Numbered from the whole stretch's first letter, positions 12,305 through 26,144 are shown. The stretch is DNA of 63,535 nt, filler included, from Olpidium bornovanus S191 (GCA_017911155.1; 29 parts of 29 records of this genome joined end to end with filler, not necessarily neighbours in it); one strand, 5' to 3'. Numbers and translations: made by a program. The notes: a model not told the origin generated them from the sequence alone.

Positions 12305-13267
12305 TGTTCCAGCCAATTGAGACGCCTGCGCCGGTTTTCGCAGTCGAGACGGTTGAGCCGCGAGTGCGGCGGACAACGGAACGAGAAAATGAGCGCGCCG
12401 CCGCCTTTCTCAAAAAAGCCCTCCAACTCAATGCACCCGTGACGAACACATGCGGGGCGGGCCCCGGGCAAGCCGGGGCGCGGGAAAGGGTGGGGGATGC
12501 ACGCGGCAGCGGGAGTGAGAGTGTGGAGTGGGAAAACGTAGGCGCCTGTCGAACTCCGCTCCAGCAGGCAGGCGTAGGAGAGGGATGAAGCGGCGGATGG
12601 GATGGCCGCCATGACGCCGCTAGCAGCGCAGGGTCGGCTGCCCCCCGTCCTAATTCTCACCTAGTGGTCCTTTGTGACGGAGGGGGGGGGGTGGTGTGGA
12701 TGGTGGGGCGGGAGGGGAAAGGGGGGGAGGAGAGAGCGGTGGGTGGGTGGGAAGGGCGGGTTGGTTTTCCCTTTAGGAATCTTTCTTTGGTGCTACCGCC
12801 CGCACTCACCCCCATCAACCTCACGCCCCGGCAACCGCGGCGCAGAGGATTACGGGATTTCGTTTCGGCGGGCTGTGTCGCGTTCAGAGGCGCTGATTGG
12901 GTGGCATGCCAAGAAACACGCTTGCCCGTCGCGGGGCATCGCAACTTGCTACGGGTTCCGGGCCTGGGTCGTGGATATCAACGAGGCCTGGCTGCGCGTG
13001 TGTCCATAATCAACCGGCAAGGCCGAGTTACAATCGCAGGATCGGCAAGCCGTTATAAAGAAATGCCTGGTTGCAGTTAATTTCAAAAAATGCGGTTCCC
13101 GGCAGCGGCATCGGCGTTGAAGCGGTGCTGTTGCGGATACGCGGATACATCGATAAACGCTGGAGCANNNNNNNNNNNNNNNNNNNNNNNNNNNNNNNNN
13201 NNNNNNNNNNNTTAATTAATTAANNNNNNNNNNNNNNNNNNNNNNNNNNNNNNNNNNNNNNNNNNNN

Positions 13268-14734
13268 CATGAGGTGACTCGACGTGGCTGCCGCAGCGCC
13301 GCATCACTCAGATCACTGAGGATGGCAAGATGTAGAATATGACATAAGCGACAGCTTACCTCGGCCTGTTTCCGTGGCGTTAACCGCGTGCCTTCTAAAA
13401 ACTATATGGATAATACAACGAGGCAGAGGAAAAGGACCGAGGAGGTTACGATTCGAATATTCTGCAAGACGTAAACACGAATAGCAAGTGCTCAGCAGCG
13501 GGAAAAAAAGCGGGAACCAGCCACGTACGCTAACAATCCAGACCGGAGTTCTGTACTTTGTAATGTTGAGGAACGCTTCCTTGAGTTTGCCTTGATCATC
13601 AACCCAGTTGCGCTTAAGTAAAACAAAATTGGCGAGCCAGAGACCCCAGCCGAAAATGGGGATCTGCGAGATAATTGCGTACCGTCATCGCCTAAGAATG
13701 ACTATCTCCAGCAGAAGCGCTATTCGTTTATAAACGCAACATAGGCGACCGCCACATACCCACTTCAGCGAGTCTTTCGCAAAATATTCTGTCCCGTGAA
13801 AGAGCGTGCAGAAATAGTAATTTGTGCGCCGCGTGAAAGTGGCCGGAAGAGAGCGTCCCAAACAGATTCGGCCAAAGTCAGCAGTCGCACGCTTCGGGCA
13901 AAAATTCGAACATCTGCGGAGCGTAAACACGCACTGCAGCTTGAGAGCATTTTTCTCCGGGCGGCAAGCGCGTGAACAAGATAGAAGTCAGCAAACCCTC
14001 TGCGTTGCGTTCGAAAAGTTGTGGCACAGGAAACATTAGATATTAGCGTGCCTTTGCCAAACGATCACGGCTCTCGTTCGCAGGGGGTTCAACGTTCTCT
14101 CACCGATGATTTGAAAGAACGACGGCGTTCTCATTGCAGGGAACGAGATCGCCGGAAAATGTGACCTTCGCTCTTCCCACCAGCTCAAACAATATCTAAG
14201 CCCAGGCATTTCACAAAACACGGCGGTGAGACGGTATTCCGCCACTGCCGCCTGAGAGACAGCTCCGCGAGCTCCGCGCGTTCACCTGCATGTACATCCA
14301 AATTGCCCCGACGACCATCGAGTTGACCTTGATCGTCAACCGCTGGGAGAAGGGCGCCAAAACAAGCGTGAGCGTCTGGATGATGTTCATGCCGAAGGCG
14401 ACACTGTCGTTTAGTCGACGCAGTGCGGCGAAAAAGAGAAATGAGAGGAGCGGTACCGCAGGTTGAGCCCGCCCCGCGGCGATTCGCACGTGGCGCTCGA
14501 ACAAGGGGCGCCGTGGTGCCGTCGGCAGGAAATACCTGCCGTCGCCGCTCAGCCCGCTTCCGAAGCGGGCACGGCGGGGGAAGGTTGCGTAGAAACAAAA
14601 CTGCGGGGAGAGGGCCCAACGCGCACGCGGTCGGGCATGACTTGCCCCCCCCCCGCCGCCCACCTGAAGAGCGTGGAACCCAGAACCACGGCTCGCGAGG
14701 TCTTTGAGAACGGCGATAGCACGGCGCGGAGCAT
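13268..14734 (-). CDS. PlsC-family (lyso)phospholipid acyltransferase (LCLAT1/Cst26-like), spliced, 3' truncated
   Basis: Exons give VTFSGDLVPCNENAVVLSNHR, YFAKDSLKW|IPIFGWGLWLANFVLLKRNWVDD and FLEGTRLTP: the NH, FxxR and EGTR acyltransferase blocks. Confidence 0.9.
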
Positions 14735-16690
14735 GTTGTTTGCGGGAGCGGGGTGTGTGGGGAATGGGGGAAAAGGGAAGGGCGCCGTGAGACGGGCTTG
14801 GAGGCCTAGAGAGCGATCAAGGGCGCTCGCCGTTCGCAGAAATGCGCTGGGATTGCTGGTCACCGTCTCGGGGGTGGGACGGAGGAGGCGGGGGAAAGGG
14901 CGGAAGAGAGTCGGAATGGGGGTGGGAAGGGCCGACGCGGTTGGAAAATATTGGGAATAGAAAAGGAACAAATAAATGGTTCGTCAACAGGAACGGAAAA
15001 CAATTTTCAAGCAGGGAACAATGCACGGATCGCAACACGGTGTCAATGGAAACTATGTAGAGTTACAGCACTTGCACGGTCGAGAGGTATGGCCGCTTGC
15101 AGAACGGCTTGCAGAAAGAGCAACAGTTCTGTCTTGCGGGGCCGCCAAGCTTGACGAATGGGCGCCGATCTCTCTAGAATACGTGATGAGTGCACGAGAC
15201 CATCTTAAGTGCCTCTCTGCCATGNNNNNNNNNNNNNNNNNNNNNNNNNNNNNNNNNNNNNNNNNNNNTTAATTAATTAANNNNNNNNNNNNNNNNNNNN
15301 NNNNNNNNNNNNNNNNNNNNNNNNCATGTCACACGGAGCACGCACATAAGTCCCAACAGACAAAAAAAGAGAAAACAAAAAAACAAGATAAAAACACCGC
15401 TGGAGCTTGCCAAGCGAGCGAACCGAAAGGCAAAAAAAAAGAGAGCGGCGAAAAGCAAAAAAAAAAAAAAAAAAAAAAAAAAATGCCGGCGAAAAGTAAA
15501 AGACGCTAAGTCGAGAGGGAGTCGAACCCTCGCCCGTGCACGGGTCTGTGGTATTGTATGCGCCCCACATCGTTCCCGAACACGGGGTCAAAGCCCTGAC
15601 CTGGCTGTTTTATCTACGGGGAAGCTGCGGGCTTTATAGACGATGGCATTTGCCGTTGGGTTCGCGGAAAAGAGACCGGAGGGGCGGGCGTAGGCGGGGT
15701 GCGGGGCGCAGGGAAGGGGCGGCCCCCGTGATTGGGTTGGTGTGATGATACGGGCGATTTGATTTGCGCGCGCTGTGCGCCCCTCCCCCCCTTAACCCCT
15801 CCGCTGGCGCGCCCCTGCGGAGCCGTCGGGAAAATGTTTGCTATCAAAAATCCCTCGGCGGAGCGGCTGCGTTTTGACCGGGCGCGCGCTCTTTTTGCCG
15901 CTTCCGCGTTCCCGCCGCGCCTCGAGCTCGGCTCTGCTGCGTCTGTCCGCGCGCTTCCTTCATCCGCACTCCGGGACTTCGACGGGGAAGAGCTGCCCGG
16001 CCACCTCCTCCCCGCGTCTTCCCCTGCCCTCCCCACCCCCTCCCGCCGGGCGAGGTGTGGGGGGAGGGGGAACGGGGGAGAGGGGGCGGGAGGGCGGGGG
16101 GGGGGGTCTGTGAGAGCCCTCTTCCTCCACTCCCCCACAAAAAAAAATAAAGGAAAAAAAAGAAAACCGAGGACGCGCCGTCCCCTCCCCTCCTTCTTGC
16201 CCTCCGGCTCCTCCCCTCCCTTTTGCCCTCCGGCCCCTCTCCGCCTCCCTCCAGGAAGAGAGAAAGACACCGGACACGGCGGCCGCCTTTTGTCGAGGAG
16301 GGACGACGGCGGCAAAGTGAGAACAGCGGCCCCCTGAGTCGTTTTTGCTCAGCGTCCCGGGCTGCGCCGCTACTCGCCGGCCCACTCACACACACTCACT
16401 CACACTCACTCACACTTTTGCCGGTCGCGCTCTAGGTCGCTTCCGTGGACGACAGCCGCGAGAAACTAGGGCAGACGGCCCTTGTTTGTCGGCACTGTCA
16501 GCGCCCGCGGCGAAGGGAAGGGTGAGGTGCGGGGTGGGGGGAGGGAGAGGAACAGAGATTTCTGTTTACGAGACTGGTTCACGGCTACGGCTGCAAAGCA
16601 CTCCCCTTCCCCACTCACGCCACACTTGACGAGGCGCCGCGTTTTCAAAGACTCACAACACGGCCTGCTCTGTTTTCAAAAACCCCAAAA

Positions 16691-16785
16691 CACGACCCGC
16701 TTCGTTCTTAAACCGCAAAAGCACGACCCGCTTCGTTCTCAAAGCCGCACGACCCGCTTCGTTCTCCAAGCCCCAAAACACGACC
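16691..16785. repeat. Short tandem repeat with core CACGACCCGCTTCGTTCT
   Basis: Copies at 16691, 16722, 16748 and a partial copy at 16779. Confidence 0.9.
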
Positions 16786-17282
16786 ACCTACAGTATGCCG
16801 TAAGTGGCCGACGCCCTTGACCCGGGGTAGTACGCGTCGGAGTATCCGAGCGTGTCCTGGGGGGACTCTAAACAGAAGCCGACGTCGACGGAGCAAAGGC
16901 AGCGGGACGTCGTCTTCTCGAAAACGTTTGGGGAGTGGCGCACAATAAGAAAAACCGATGTGAACATGGCGTGGATCGGTAAGCAGTGCGCCATTGTTTA
17001 CATAAAGGGGTGGGACTTATAGCCATCGTGAACCGTGAAGCTGGCACGTGTTCTCGCTTCGCGAATTCGACGTGTCCAGACGTCATTATGTGCGTCACTG
17101 CTCAATTAATCCGCGGGCAAAGCGCTCCCTGGGAGCGCTCCCGGTCGTACCGGGGCGTGATTTATAGTTTTTGGAGAACATGNNNNNNNNNNNNNNNNNN
17201 NNNNNNNNNNNNNNNNNNNNNNNNNNTTAATTAATTAANNNNNNNNNNNNNNNNNNNNNNNNNNNNNNNNNNNNNNNNNNNN

Positions 17283-17460
17283 CATGCACATCCCATTTAC
17301 CTCGACACCGGTGCGAGCGACCATATGTCGCCGAATGCACAATTTTTCAGGACCTTGACCGGTCAGCCACGATCAGACTTTTTGCAGCAACGGACAGTAC
17401 GGGATCCGACACGGGGGGCACTGGGACGGCTCGCATACGGACGGTGTCGGCACCGATCCG
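17283..17460 (+). mobile_element. Ty1/copia Pol protease fragment
   Basis: IYLDTGASDHMSPNAQFFRTL followed by an out-of-frame ATDSTG...GTGTARI. Copia-type LD(S/T)GASxHM motif, degenerate. Confidence 0.75.
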
Positions 17461-18149
17461 ACCTGCTGGACTAGAGTTAGGCAAAGCCGGCTCCGGGCTC
17501 CCAGGGAGCTCTGGGCGATTCCGTTCGTTCGCGAGGTGCGCCGTGCCCGTGAGCAGCGATCGATCCGTAGCGGAGCACGTCCCCCGTCGATCCCGCACAC
17601 AGATCCCCCGACTGCAGCAGCCGACGCCGCCCCCCCGCTCGGATGGAATACCCCAGACGGGAAAAAAAAAACGCAGTGGACGGGCCGGACGGTCGCGTCG
17701 AGGACGGCGAGCTTGTTTGGTTCGTTTTTTTCTTTCTTTTGTTTCGTCGAGCTGGTGAGTTTGGAATCGGTTCGCGCAGCGCGTGTCTTTTAGAAGGCAC
17801 ACCGGGTCACGTGCGCTATCGAGTAGGACGTGACCTAAATCGTCAGCTGGTGAGAGGTCTACGAATCGAAGCGGGGCGGCGCGAATCTAATGCCGACAGT
17901 CGCCCTCCTTGCGCCTAGAGCGCCGGCTCCCAACGGCCGCGACGGCGCAAGCTCCTGGTCGATAGATGCGCGCCCGTGCCGCCGCCGCGGAGCACGCGCC
18001 GAAGTATTGTTCTCAACCCTCGGCGCTGATCACCTCACCCTGATCATTCATCATCATTCATTCATTTTTTTTATTTGCGAGCTGCGCGCTTATGCGTTCC
18101 GGTCTTCGCCCGTCGCCCGGGCGGTCCAATAGTACCCCCGAATTCTGCG

Positions 18150-18480
18150 GCTTGTTTCCTCAACGGCCGTCGCGGTATCGTGCTTCGTCATTTCGATAGG
18201 GTCTCGGTTCGTTGCCGACTGGTGGTAGATCAAGATCATCGTTGAACCCTGCGAGACAGGTCAGCATCACCAGCAGGTCGCGCCAATGCTGAAGGATGAT
18301 CCTCCGCGTCGCTGGCGCGAAATTGCTGCGACATCGAAATACGAGGAAGCTAGGCTGCGGCGTCCAACTCGAATGTGCGTCGGCGAGCTGCCATCAGTGT
18401 GCCGTGCATCGCTTCGTGCGCTGTCCCCATCAGCGTTTTCCAACGAGCGGGCTCGTGGTCCTGCAGCCGTGCGAATTGAT
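18150..18480 (-). mobile_element. Possible degraded retrotransposon gag remnant
   Basis: SNFAPATRRIILQHWRDLLVMLTCLAGFNDD loosely resembles copia Gag helices; frameshifted. Confidence 0.25.
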
Positions 18481-20089
18481 TCCGGTTGAACTCAGGGGGT
18501 TCCGAAGTTGGCCGCGCCGGCGGTCCATCGCTGTCACTGCTCGCTGGCGGTGTCGCGGCAGGGCGAACGCAGCACCGGCCCCGCGCTCTCCGCAATCAGC
18601 CCCGCCCTCTCCGTTATTGTGGATGAGCTTTAGAGCGGACACTGCTGCTCACCATGGCTTTTCTGAAGCATTGTTTATATGTTTATCACCTGTTTGATTC
18701 GTTCCCTGCTTTTCTCTGCATTGTTTATTTGCTTCCCAGCGCTTTTCTCCAGCCTTTCTGCGCTTTTCTGCGNNNNNNNNNNNNNNNNNNNNNNNNNNNN
18801 NNNNNNNNNNNNNNNNTTAATTAATTAANNNNNNNNNNNNNNNNNNNNNNNNNNNNNNNNNNNNNNNNNNNNCATGTCATATCTGTTTTCGAGATTTTCA
18901 TCGATTGTTTAGGCGAGTCGGAAACAGGCTGTTTTTGGTCAGGCAAAACATTTAGTGAGAATCTCCAAATCCAGACCAAAATGGGTCTCCTGGGGAGGGT
19001 TTGACACTCGTTTTTGTGTATCCTGTAAGGTGCACGAGACTGTGGATTTGGGTACCAGGCATACCCCTCTGGAGGCCACAAGCAAAAGTGGCTCCCAGGA
19101 AGAATTTGAAAACATAACCCTGCACGGATTTGGGGCAACCGGTGAACCGCTAACCGGATACGCCAGCTCCTCCTCCTGGCAATAACGCTTTGACTTCACG
19201 TGACTCGCTGAGCGCATCTTACGGGTCACAACATTTTTTTTTTGGCCCAATTTTAATTTCAAATGCCGGTGCTATCTGTATTAACCAAAAGCCGACGTCT
19301 GCGCCGGGATGGGAGGATACGCACCTGCGGTGCGGCTGGTAGTGGGTGCGTCCCTGGTGCGGCGGCCTTTGCATTTCAGTTCAGGATGGCTGGTCATCTT
19401 CGATGTCGACGTCTGCTATGCCGGGCCTTCCCTGCTCGGTCCTCTTCTTGCGCCTCGACCGTTCCTCCGTCGCGGCCAAGGATACAGCACCCTTCGGTCA
19501 ACTTCCCTGTCCCTGCCCTTCTCCTCCTCTCAATCTACCTCCCTACACGCCAATGGATTTTCTTATGTCGACGGGTGACTTTTTATAGGACAGCATTTGC
19601 GCCATTGCTAGGTCTCCCACTTATTTGCAATCTCTTAAGTTTTACGATATGTTGGAACATAGTGCTTCAAAGGGTCACCAGACATGGACATCCCGAGGGT
19701 CTGGGACCTTTACATGTACTGCCGTCCAGGTCGTACTACCCTCGGCTCCGTCTCGGTTACTAGGCTGGATCCCTCTCCTCTCCAGGTCGATTGTTTGGAG
19801 ACTGTCCCCGTTCCTCCCGTGACTTCAGTTAGGTCCAGGTCCGGTTGTGAAAAGCATCCGAGGTGCGCTGGCCATCTGGTGCTCACGGATGCCGGGCCCT
19901 ATGCCCTGCCTTTCTGCTGTGTCGTCAACTCCCAGGGGGTGGCTGACAGACGCGCAGGTACAATAGTTTTTTTTTTGTCTTCTAAACCCGGAAAAAGGGG
20001 ACAACCCACCAAAGTAAAAACAACCTGCTGAGGATAGGCGGAAAAAGAAAACCCCCCAGAAACAGCCGTAGGGCGGCGCGGGCGGAGAG

Positions 20090-21449
20090 ATGACGGCACC
20101 GGGAAACGACGCGGCGGAGGATGAGCTGCGGCAGGAGCGGATGCGCGCGACCGTGCGCAGGAAGACGGCCGAGACGGACGTGCGGGTTGCGCTTGTCGTC
20201 GGCTCGGCGGCTTCCGCCGCCCGGTCCATTACGGTCGACACCAAGATCGGGTTCCTCGACCACGTACGCGCAGGGTGTTTTTTCTTACTGTGGCCGTTTA
20301 GGCTTCGTGCGCGGGAGAAAGACGGCGCGGGACGGGGAGGGAGGAGGCGGTAAAAAGTAGAGTTTCCGACGTCGGCCGGGACGGGCCCAAGCGCTAACCC
20401 GTCCGTCAATTTGTGGTGTTCCGACCGCCAACGCGAATTTCGCCTCCCGTCACGGCCCGTTCACGGGCTCTACGCTCTCGGCGCCGCCGCAATCAGATGT
20501 ACCATGCCCTAGCCAAGCACGCCCGCTGGTCGCTAGACCTCGTCTGCGACGGCGATCTTCACGTGGATGACCATCACACGGCCGAAGACACCGCGCTGGC
20601 GCTCGGCGCCGCTTTCAAGGAAGCCCTCGGCGAACCGCGGGGCATAAAGAGGTTCGGATCGGCGTACGCGCCTCTCGACGAGGTCAGAACACCCCCCGCC
20701 GCCTCCCCGTTATTCCGCCGTAAATTTTATTCGCGTCGCGGCCAACCGGCGTCGTGGGGTGCGGGCGCGCTTTCCGCACGCCGTCCTGCTGAGTGAGCGC
20801 GGCGCGGCTGCGTGGCCGCGTTTAGCCCGCGGTCCGGGGCCTGCTTCTCCGCGAAAACCCCGCGCTACCCTGCGCGGGAAAACAGGTCGCGGTTATCTTC
20901 CTCACCCTCATTTTTTTTTCTCGTTGCCCTCGCTGTCGCGGCTGCAGGCTTTGTCGCGCGCCGTTGTGGATATCTCCGGCCGCCCGTTCGCCAGCATCTC
21001 CCTGGGCCTGCGCCGCGAGCGGATCGGCCAGCTGTCGTGCGAGATGATCCCGCACGTGCTGCAATCCTTCGCCCTCGCCGCGGGAATCACTTTGCACGTT
21101 GATACACTGAAAGGCGAAAACGATCACCACAGGTGCAGTGAAATCTGTCGTTGCACTTTGTTAATCCCACGCGCTCCTTATTGTGTCTTGGAAGTCGCGG
21201 CTCGACGTGCCCGCGCAGGCGAGTCTCGCCCGGAAGGCCGAGTGTTAACTCCTTCTGTTTCTTCCTCTCCCTCGCTCGCGTCTGTCTCACTCGCGCACTC
21301 TCTCGTTCGTTTGTTGATGGCTTGCGTTTCTGGCTGCGTTCAGGGCGGAGTCCGCGTTTAAGGCTCTGGCCGTCGCGATTCGGGAAGCAATAGAACCGAC
21401 GGGCGGCGCTGACGTTCCAAGCACCAAGGGAGTCATCGGCTCGTTCTGA
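20090..21449 (+). CDS. HIS3: Imidazoleglycerol-phosphate dehydratase, 4 exons
   Basis: RKTAETDV...TKIGFLDH|MYHALAKH...[12 protein letters not shown]...[10 protein letters not shown]|[13 protein letters not shown]...GENDHHR|[15 protein letters not shown]...VPSTKGV. Confidence 0.98.
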
Positions 21450-22362
21450 ATTCCAATCGCCGCCACTCCCCAGCGTATTTTTGTATCTCACCGGGCGGCC
21501 ATGACATCCACCTGCGCCTAACTGCTATTTTATACACACTGATCGACAGCTTGTAACTGCTTTTCTTGATGAAAACTTGCCATCCGCATTCCTGCCGTTG
21601 CGCCCACGTTCACGGCCTCCTGTGACTGGGCAGTTTGCCTTGCAAGCGGGACTATGCCCGTACGGGTTTCGCCAGTTCTGGTAGCGCCAACCGAAAGCCT
21701 TCGGACGTTCCTCGTCCGCGCGCCACGCCGGGACCACTCTGTCCGGACGTTTTGTGCGCGTCCCCTTTCCTTTCGACGTACGTCGCCGTCGACCGCAGAC
21801 CACAACTCCGCCGCACCTGTGCTTTTTCCGGGAGACTAGCAGAATCGATCCGGCTTGAATCGGCCCAGCGGTCGACGACAGCAACCGTGCTCCGCTTTCG
21901 CTGGCTGCCGCATATCTACAAATATTATTAGATAGCAGAGTACAAATGTAATACAGGATCGACTATTGGATTAGTAGACCAATAGCATGAATTACAATGC
22001 AGATGTTGGTAGTTTAGTATATTGAAGTTCAAGCACGGCATGCGGTGTGCTGTACCGTACGGGTGCAGGTGCATGCAGCACTGAACGTGACAACTTTTGG
22101 CGCGGTTCCCGGTTGGCGGGGACGGCAAGAAGTCGAAAACCCGCCCGCAACCCGGCCTCACTTCCCGTTTCCTCCACGACCCAAAAATTTCCNNNNNNNN
22201 NNNNNNNNNNNNNNNNNNNNNNNNNNNNNNNNNNNNTTAATTAATTAANNNNNNNNNNNNNNNNNNNNNNNNNNNNNNNNNNNNNNNNNNNNGAAACGTG
22301 GGGGGGGGGGGGGGGGGGGGGGGGGGGAAGGGAGAGGCGGAGAAAAAAAATTTTTGCCTTTT

Positions 22363-22404
<42 letters not shown>

Positions 22405-22637
22405 CCCGCGGTCTGTGGCACACGGGGCCGGCGTGGTCTCCCAGAGAAATCTTTTCGACAGGCAGGGCAGGGCGTGCGCCCCGGAAGGGGACAAAAGAAC
22501 CGCAGCTCGTGCGCGTGTTCGGCCGGGGCGCCCAAAGCGGTTTTTTTTCTTTTTTTGCGCTTCGGTTGGTGGGGTGGAGGGAGCGGGGCCGGAGGTGCGT
22601 GGGCGGTGAAGGCGGGGGTGTTGAGAGATTGATCGAT

Positions 22638-22676
<39 letters not shown>

Positions 22677-24955
22677 AAAAGAAAAGCGCTGTCGTCGTTC
22701 CGATTTGAGGGAAGAGGCGGCCATCTTGAGGTTCCGCGCCTTTCCAGTGCGTTAACTCCTCCGCTCCGCTCCTCCACCACGGCCGCGGGCCGGAAAAAAA
22801 ATAAAATAAAATAAAACTCGCTATTTTCGCCCCCGCCACGCGTCGATCCCGCAAGTCTGAAATGCGTCGGGGAGACAGGTACGACTGGCGAACCCTGGTG
22901 CGGAACAAAAAAAAAAAAAAAAAACAATAAATGAAAACGCTCCACGCCCACATCCCTCTCCCGACTAAACTTTTTTTCTATTTTTATCCCTTCCTCTCTC
23001 GTTCTTTCTCTGTCTCTCTCTCTGTCGCTCTCCAACGCTTCGTTCGCCATATATCCAACACACACCCTCTCACTCCCACACACGCACACGCACCGCGCCG
23101 CTCGTACACGCGTCGCTCGCACACGCAAGTCCTCCTGAAGGTGGCGCCCTCGTCGTCCGGAGAAATCCGAGAAGACGTCCGAGCGTACAGCGACGCCAAG
23201 GTTCCGTAAAAAAAAAAAAAAAAAAAAAAACCGAAAAAAAAACGCTGTTTGCGGCGCTTTGCGTGCCGAGCGTGCGTCCAAAAAGTTTTTTTTTGCCAGT
23301 GCGCTGACGACCCCGAGCGCGTTTGTTTCCATCCGCTTCCGCCAACCCCCTCCCCTCCCGCCCATTTCCTTTCCTTTTTTGCCGACGACGGGGCGGTGGT
23401 TGGTTGGCCGGTTGGTTGGCGACGGTGAACAACCCCNNNNNNNNNNNNNNNNNNNNNNNNNNNNNNNNNNNNNNNNNNNNTTAATTAATTAANNNNNNNN
23501 NNNNNNNNNNNNNNNNNNNNNNNNNNNNNNNNNNNNCATGGTGTCGATGGGTGCGATGCGACGTACCAACGGGGGGATGATTAATGGTGGCACCGGTCTA
23601 ACCATCGACCGGCGGTTTCTGGACGGCTTTGGTGATATTATATATATCTCACGTTTCCGCGCGTCAAGGCCCAAAACCTCCTCGGTCGCATCCAAATGCC
23701 GGTGCCGCTTGTAGCTGCCACTAGAGGACATGGATTGCCGTGCACACGCAGCTACGAATTATAACAGCCATGCGTGCAATCCTGCTGGCGGGATAACGCA
23801 GCAACTCAAATGCTTTCTGCCGCCCACCGCAGCCAGGAAGAAGCCGGATTTCGTCTCGGCAAGATTTTCCAGGCGGGTCCCGCCGGTTTTAATAGAGCAA
23901 GGATGAAGATCAACGAGTCATCGCGAAAGCGGGCCGCGACCGAAAGTCGCCGACCGTCACGCATGACCTCGGGCGTGGATCAAGATGCGGCCGTTGAAGA
24001 GTGGGTAGAAACAACCTCTCGCCCTGCTTCTCTGCGAAATCCTGAGAAGTCTTTTCTTGCCAAAGAAACTAGTTCCAAAGTAAGTGACAATGGACTATCC
24101 TAATCCTGAACGCGCGAGCGAGGAGTACGAGCGCGTGCAGGAATTCCGTCGGCAATGCGGCATGGTAAGCGGTCGTTCAGACATCGTCCTGTTTATGCGC
24201 ATTTGGGATGGCAAGGAGGTTGTTAAATCCGTCGTTGAATGACGATACAGAATGATACTTGGTGAAGTCACTTGCTTTCACACCGAAAACAATAAACAAC
24301 CCCTCTCGCCTTTGAAGACGTCTCCGACGGTCCCCCGAGAGTCCCCAGGGCAGCCTAGTTCTAACCGCCTGCGACTGCGACGCCCTTGGACGGGCGGTCG
24401 GCAGCTCCTGGGGTTGGAGGGGAGAACCAGGGAGAAGGAAGGGCGGATCGGGGCTCGCCTTGACGAGGCCTTCGAGAACCATAAGGAGGGAGCTTTGGCA
24501 CCCCCCCGGTCACCCGTATCTACAGCCGGGTGCGCGCGTAGGACAGCCCCTAGCTGCCCGTCAGACCCTGCTGAATCTCTGTCGGAGGCAGATGTTTCCC
24601 GACACCGCCACTGTACGTTTCGTGCGTGTATGGCGAACCATTGGTGTTGGGAAGTCCCAGGAGGTTGCCAAAGTGCTTTTGGCACACGTCGTACGAATAT
24701 CTCATCTTTATCGTCGAACCGTTCCGCCGTGCGATCGTCATTCTGCGTACGCCTTCTCGCTTTCCCGCTTTCTCGCTGTGTCTGACGGGCAAACATATCA
24801 GAGCCAAAACTTGTGGAAGCAACGCTGCCCCCCCCCCAACCGAAGCCGGGAAACGNNNNNNNNNNNNNNNNNNNNNNNNNNNNNNNNNNNNNNNNNNNNT
24901 TAATTAATTAANNNNNNNNNNNNNNNNNNNNNNNNNNNNNNNNNNNNNNNNNNNN

Positions 24956-26144
24956 CATGATTTCCTTAGATATCACATCGCGGTCTGGAAGGTTCTCCGG
25001 AAGGTCTTCTAGGAGGCGCGGCGGCGGCGTGCGAGCAAAGTGGTCCACAATCTGCTGATTCCGGGTTTCGTTCACTTCCTTGCCGCCTTTAACCGTTGCA
25101 ATCCCCTCCAGGGCCTCTGCCCGTGCGGCTTTGTCTTGTTCCAGATCAGCCTACACCGGGGAAAACTGTTAGATGATCGCGCAGAAAGATTTGAACAACG
25201 AAACAGCGCCTCACCTCCGTCTTCGGCCGCGCTTTTTCGTACTCGTCCAGAGAATTGCGTGTCGCGTCGTCTGCTTTCACCACCAACTTTTTGGTCACCC
25301 CCTGGGCTGTCGGGTCTGGAAGTTCCAAAGCCTGTGTTGAATCACCTCCTCCTCCAAGGACTCTCAGTGCGCGAAGGACGGCGTCCGCCGTTTGGTACTC
25401 GCAAAATCCAAACGCTTTAGGCGCTCCCTGGGTGTCACGGACGCGTCGCCAGCGTCGCAGAGGGCCGCAAACCTGAGGCCCGAAAACGCCAACCTGTTAG
25501 CGGCCAAGCTTCCACCCGGCTTTAACTTCGTTTAAAGTAACCGGTTGGGCGGCTCTGCCCACTAGACCTTTAGCAGCCGTTCCAGAAATTCGTCGTCAAG
25601 CGCCTCTGGCAGTCCTCCCACGAAAACCGTCGTGAGCGTTTCCTGTTGTTGAGGCTGCATTGGCAGGCCGCACGGCGGTGGCCGTACCCCGGGCACGAAC
25701 GGTGGGCCGCCGTGTGGTAGCATGTGCAAAGGTTGACTCGGCGGGAGAAAGGGCCGCGGGTGTGGCGGCATCATTCCCGGCCCTGCGCGTCCAAAAACTA
25801 TTGGCGGGACCTGGGCGGGATACGGTGTCACTGGTGGTCTAGTTGGCGAGGGGCGGAATTGCTGTTGCGGCGGATATGACATGTGCAAAGGAGGCCCACC
25901 GCGGCCAAACGGCGGTGGAGGTCCAACCCCATGCGGAGAGCCTGTTTGCCGCGAAAGGAGTACGAGTCGCGGTGGGTGAGCAGCGCGACGGGCACACACA
26001 GAGTTTTGGAACGCGGGAACGCACGCCCGGGCAGGTTGGAAGGAGCCAGAAACGGAATATCACAGAACGCAAGCCTCCTAGAAGCGAAGTGCGCCTTGCG
26101 TGTTTACCGTACGGAGACTGCTGCGGCGGACCGAAAGGATTCAT
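24956..26144 (-). CDS. RBM25: RBM25/Snu71-like U1 snRNP RRM protein, spliced, 3' truncated
   Basis: Pro-rich N-terminus, TTVFVGGLPEALDDEFLERLLK|VCGPLRRWRRVRDTQGAPKAFGFCEY...KKLVVKAD. Confidence 0.88.

Noticed and set aside
15570-15610. Possible tRNA-Sec (6-bp stem with 4-nt loop; TCA nearby)
   Set aside because: No CU-UCA-AA anticodon loop with a paired stem and no matching 9-bp acceptor on either strand.
16691-16785. 18-bp direct repeats with variable gaps, considered as a CRISPR-like array
   Set aside because: Gaps are only 8-13 bp and mutually similar, there are only 3-4 units, the context is eukaryotic and no cas genes are present.
19290-19330. DVCAGMGG resembling DNA cytosine methyltransferase motif I
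   Set aside because: No downstream PC or ENV motifs in any frame.
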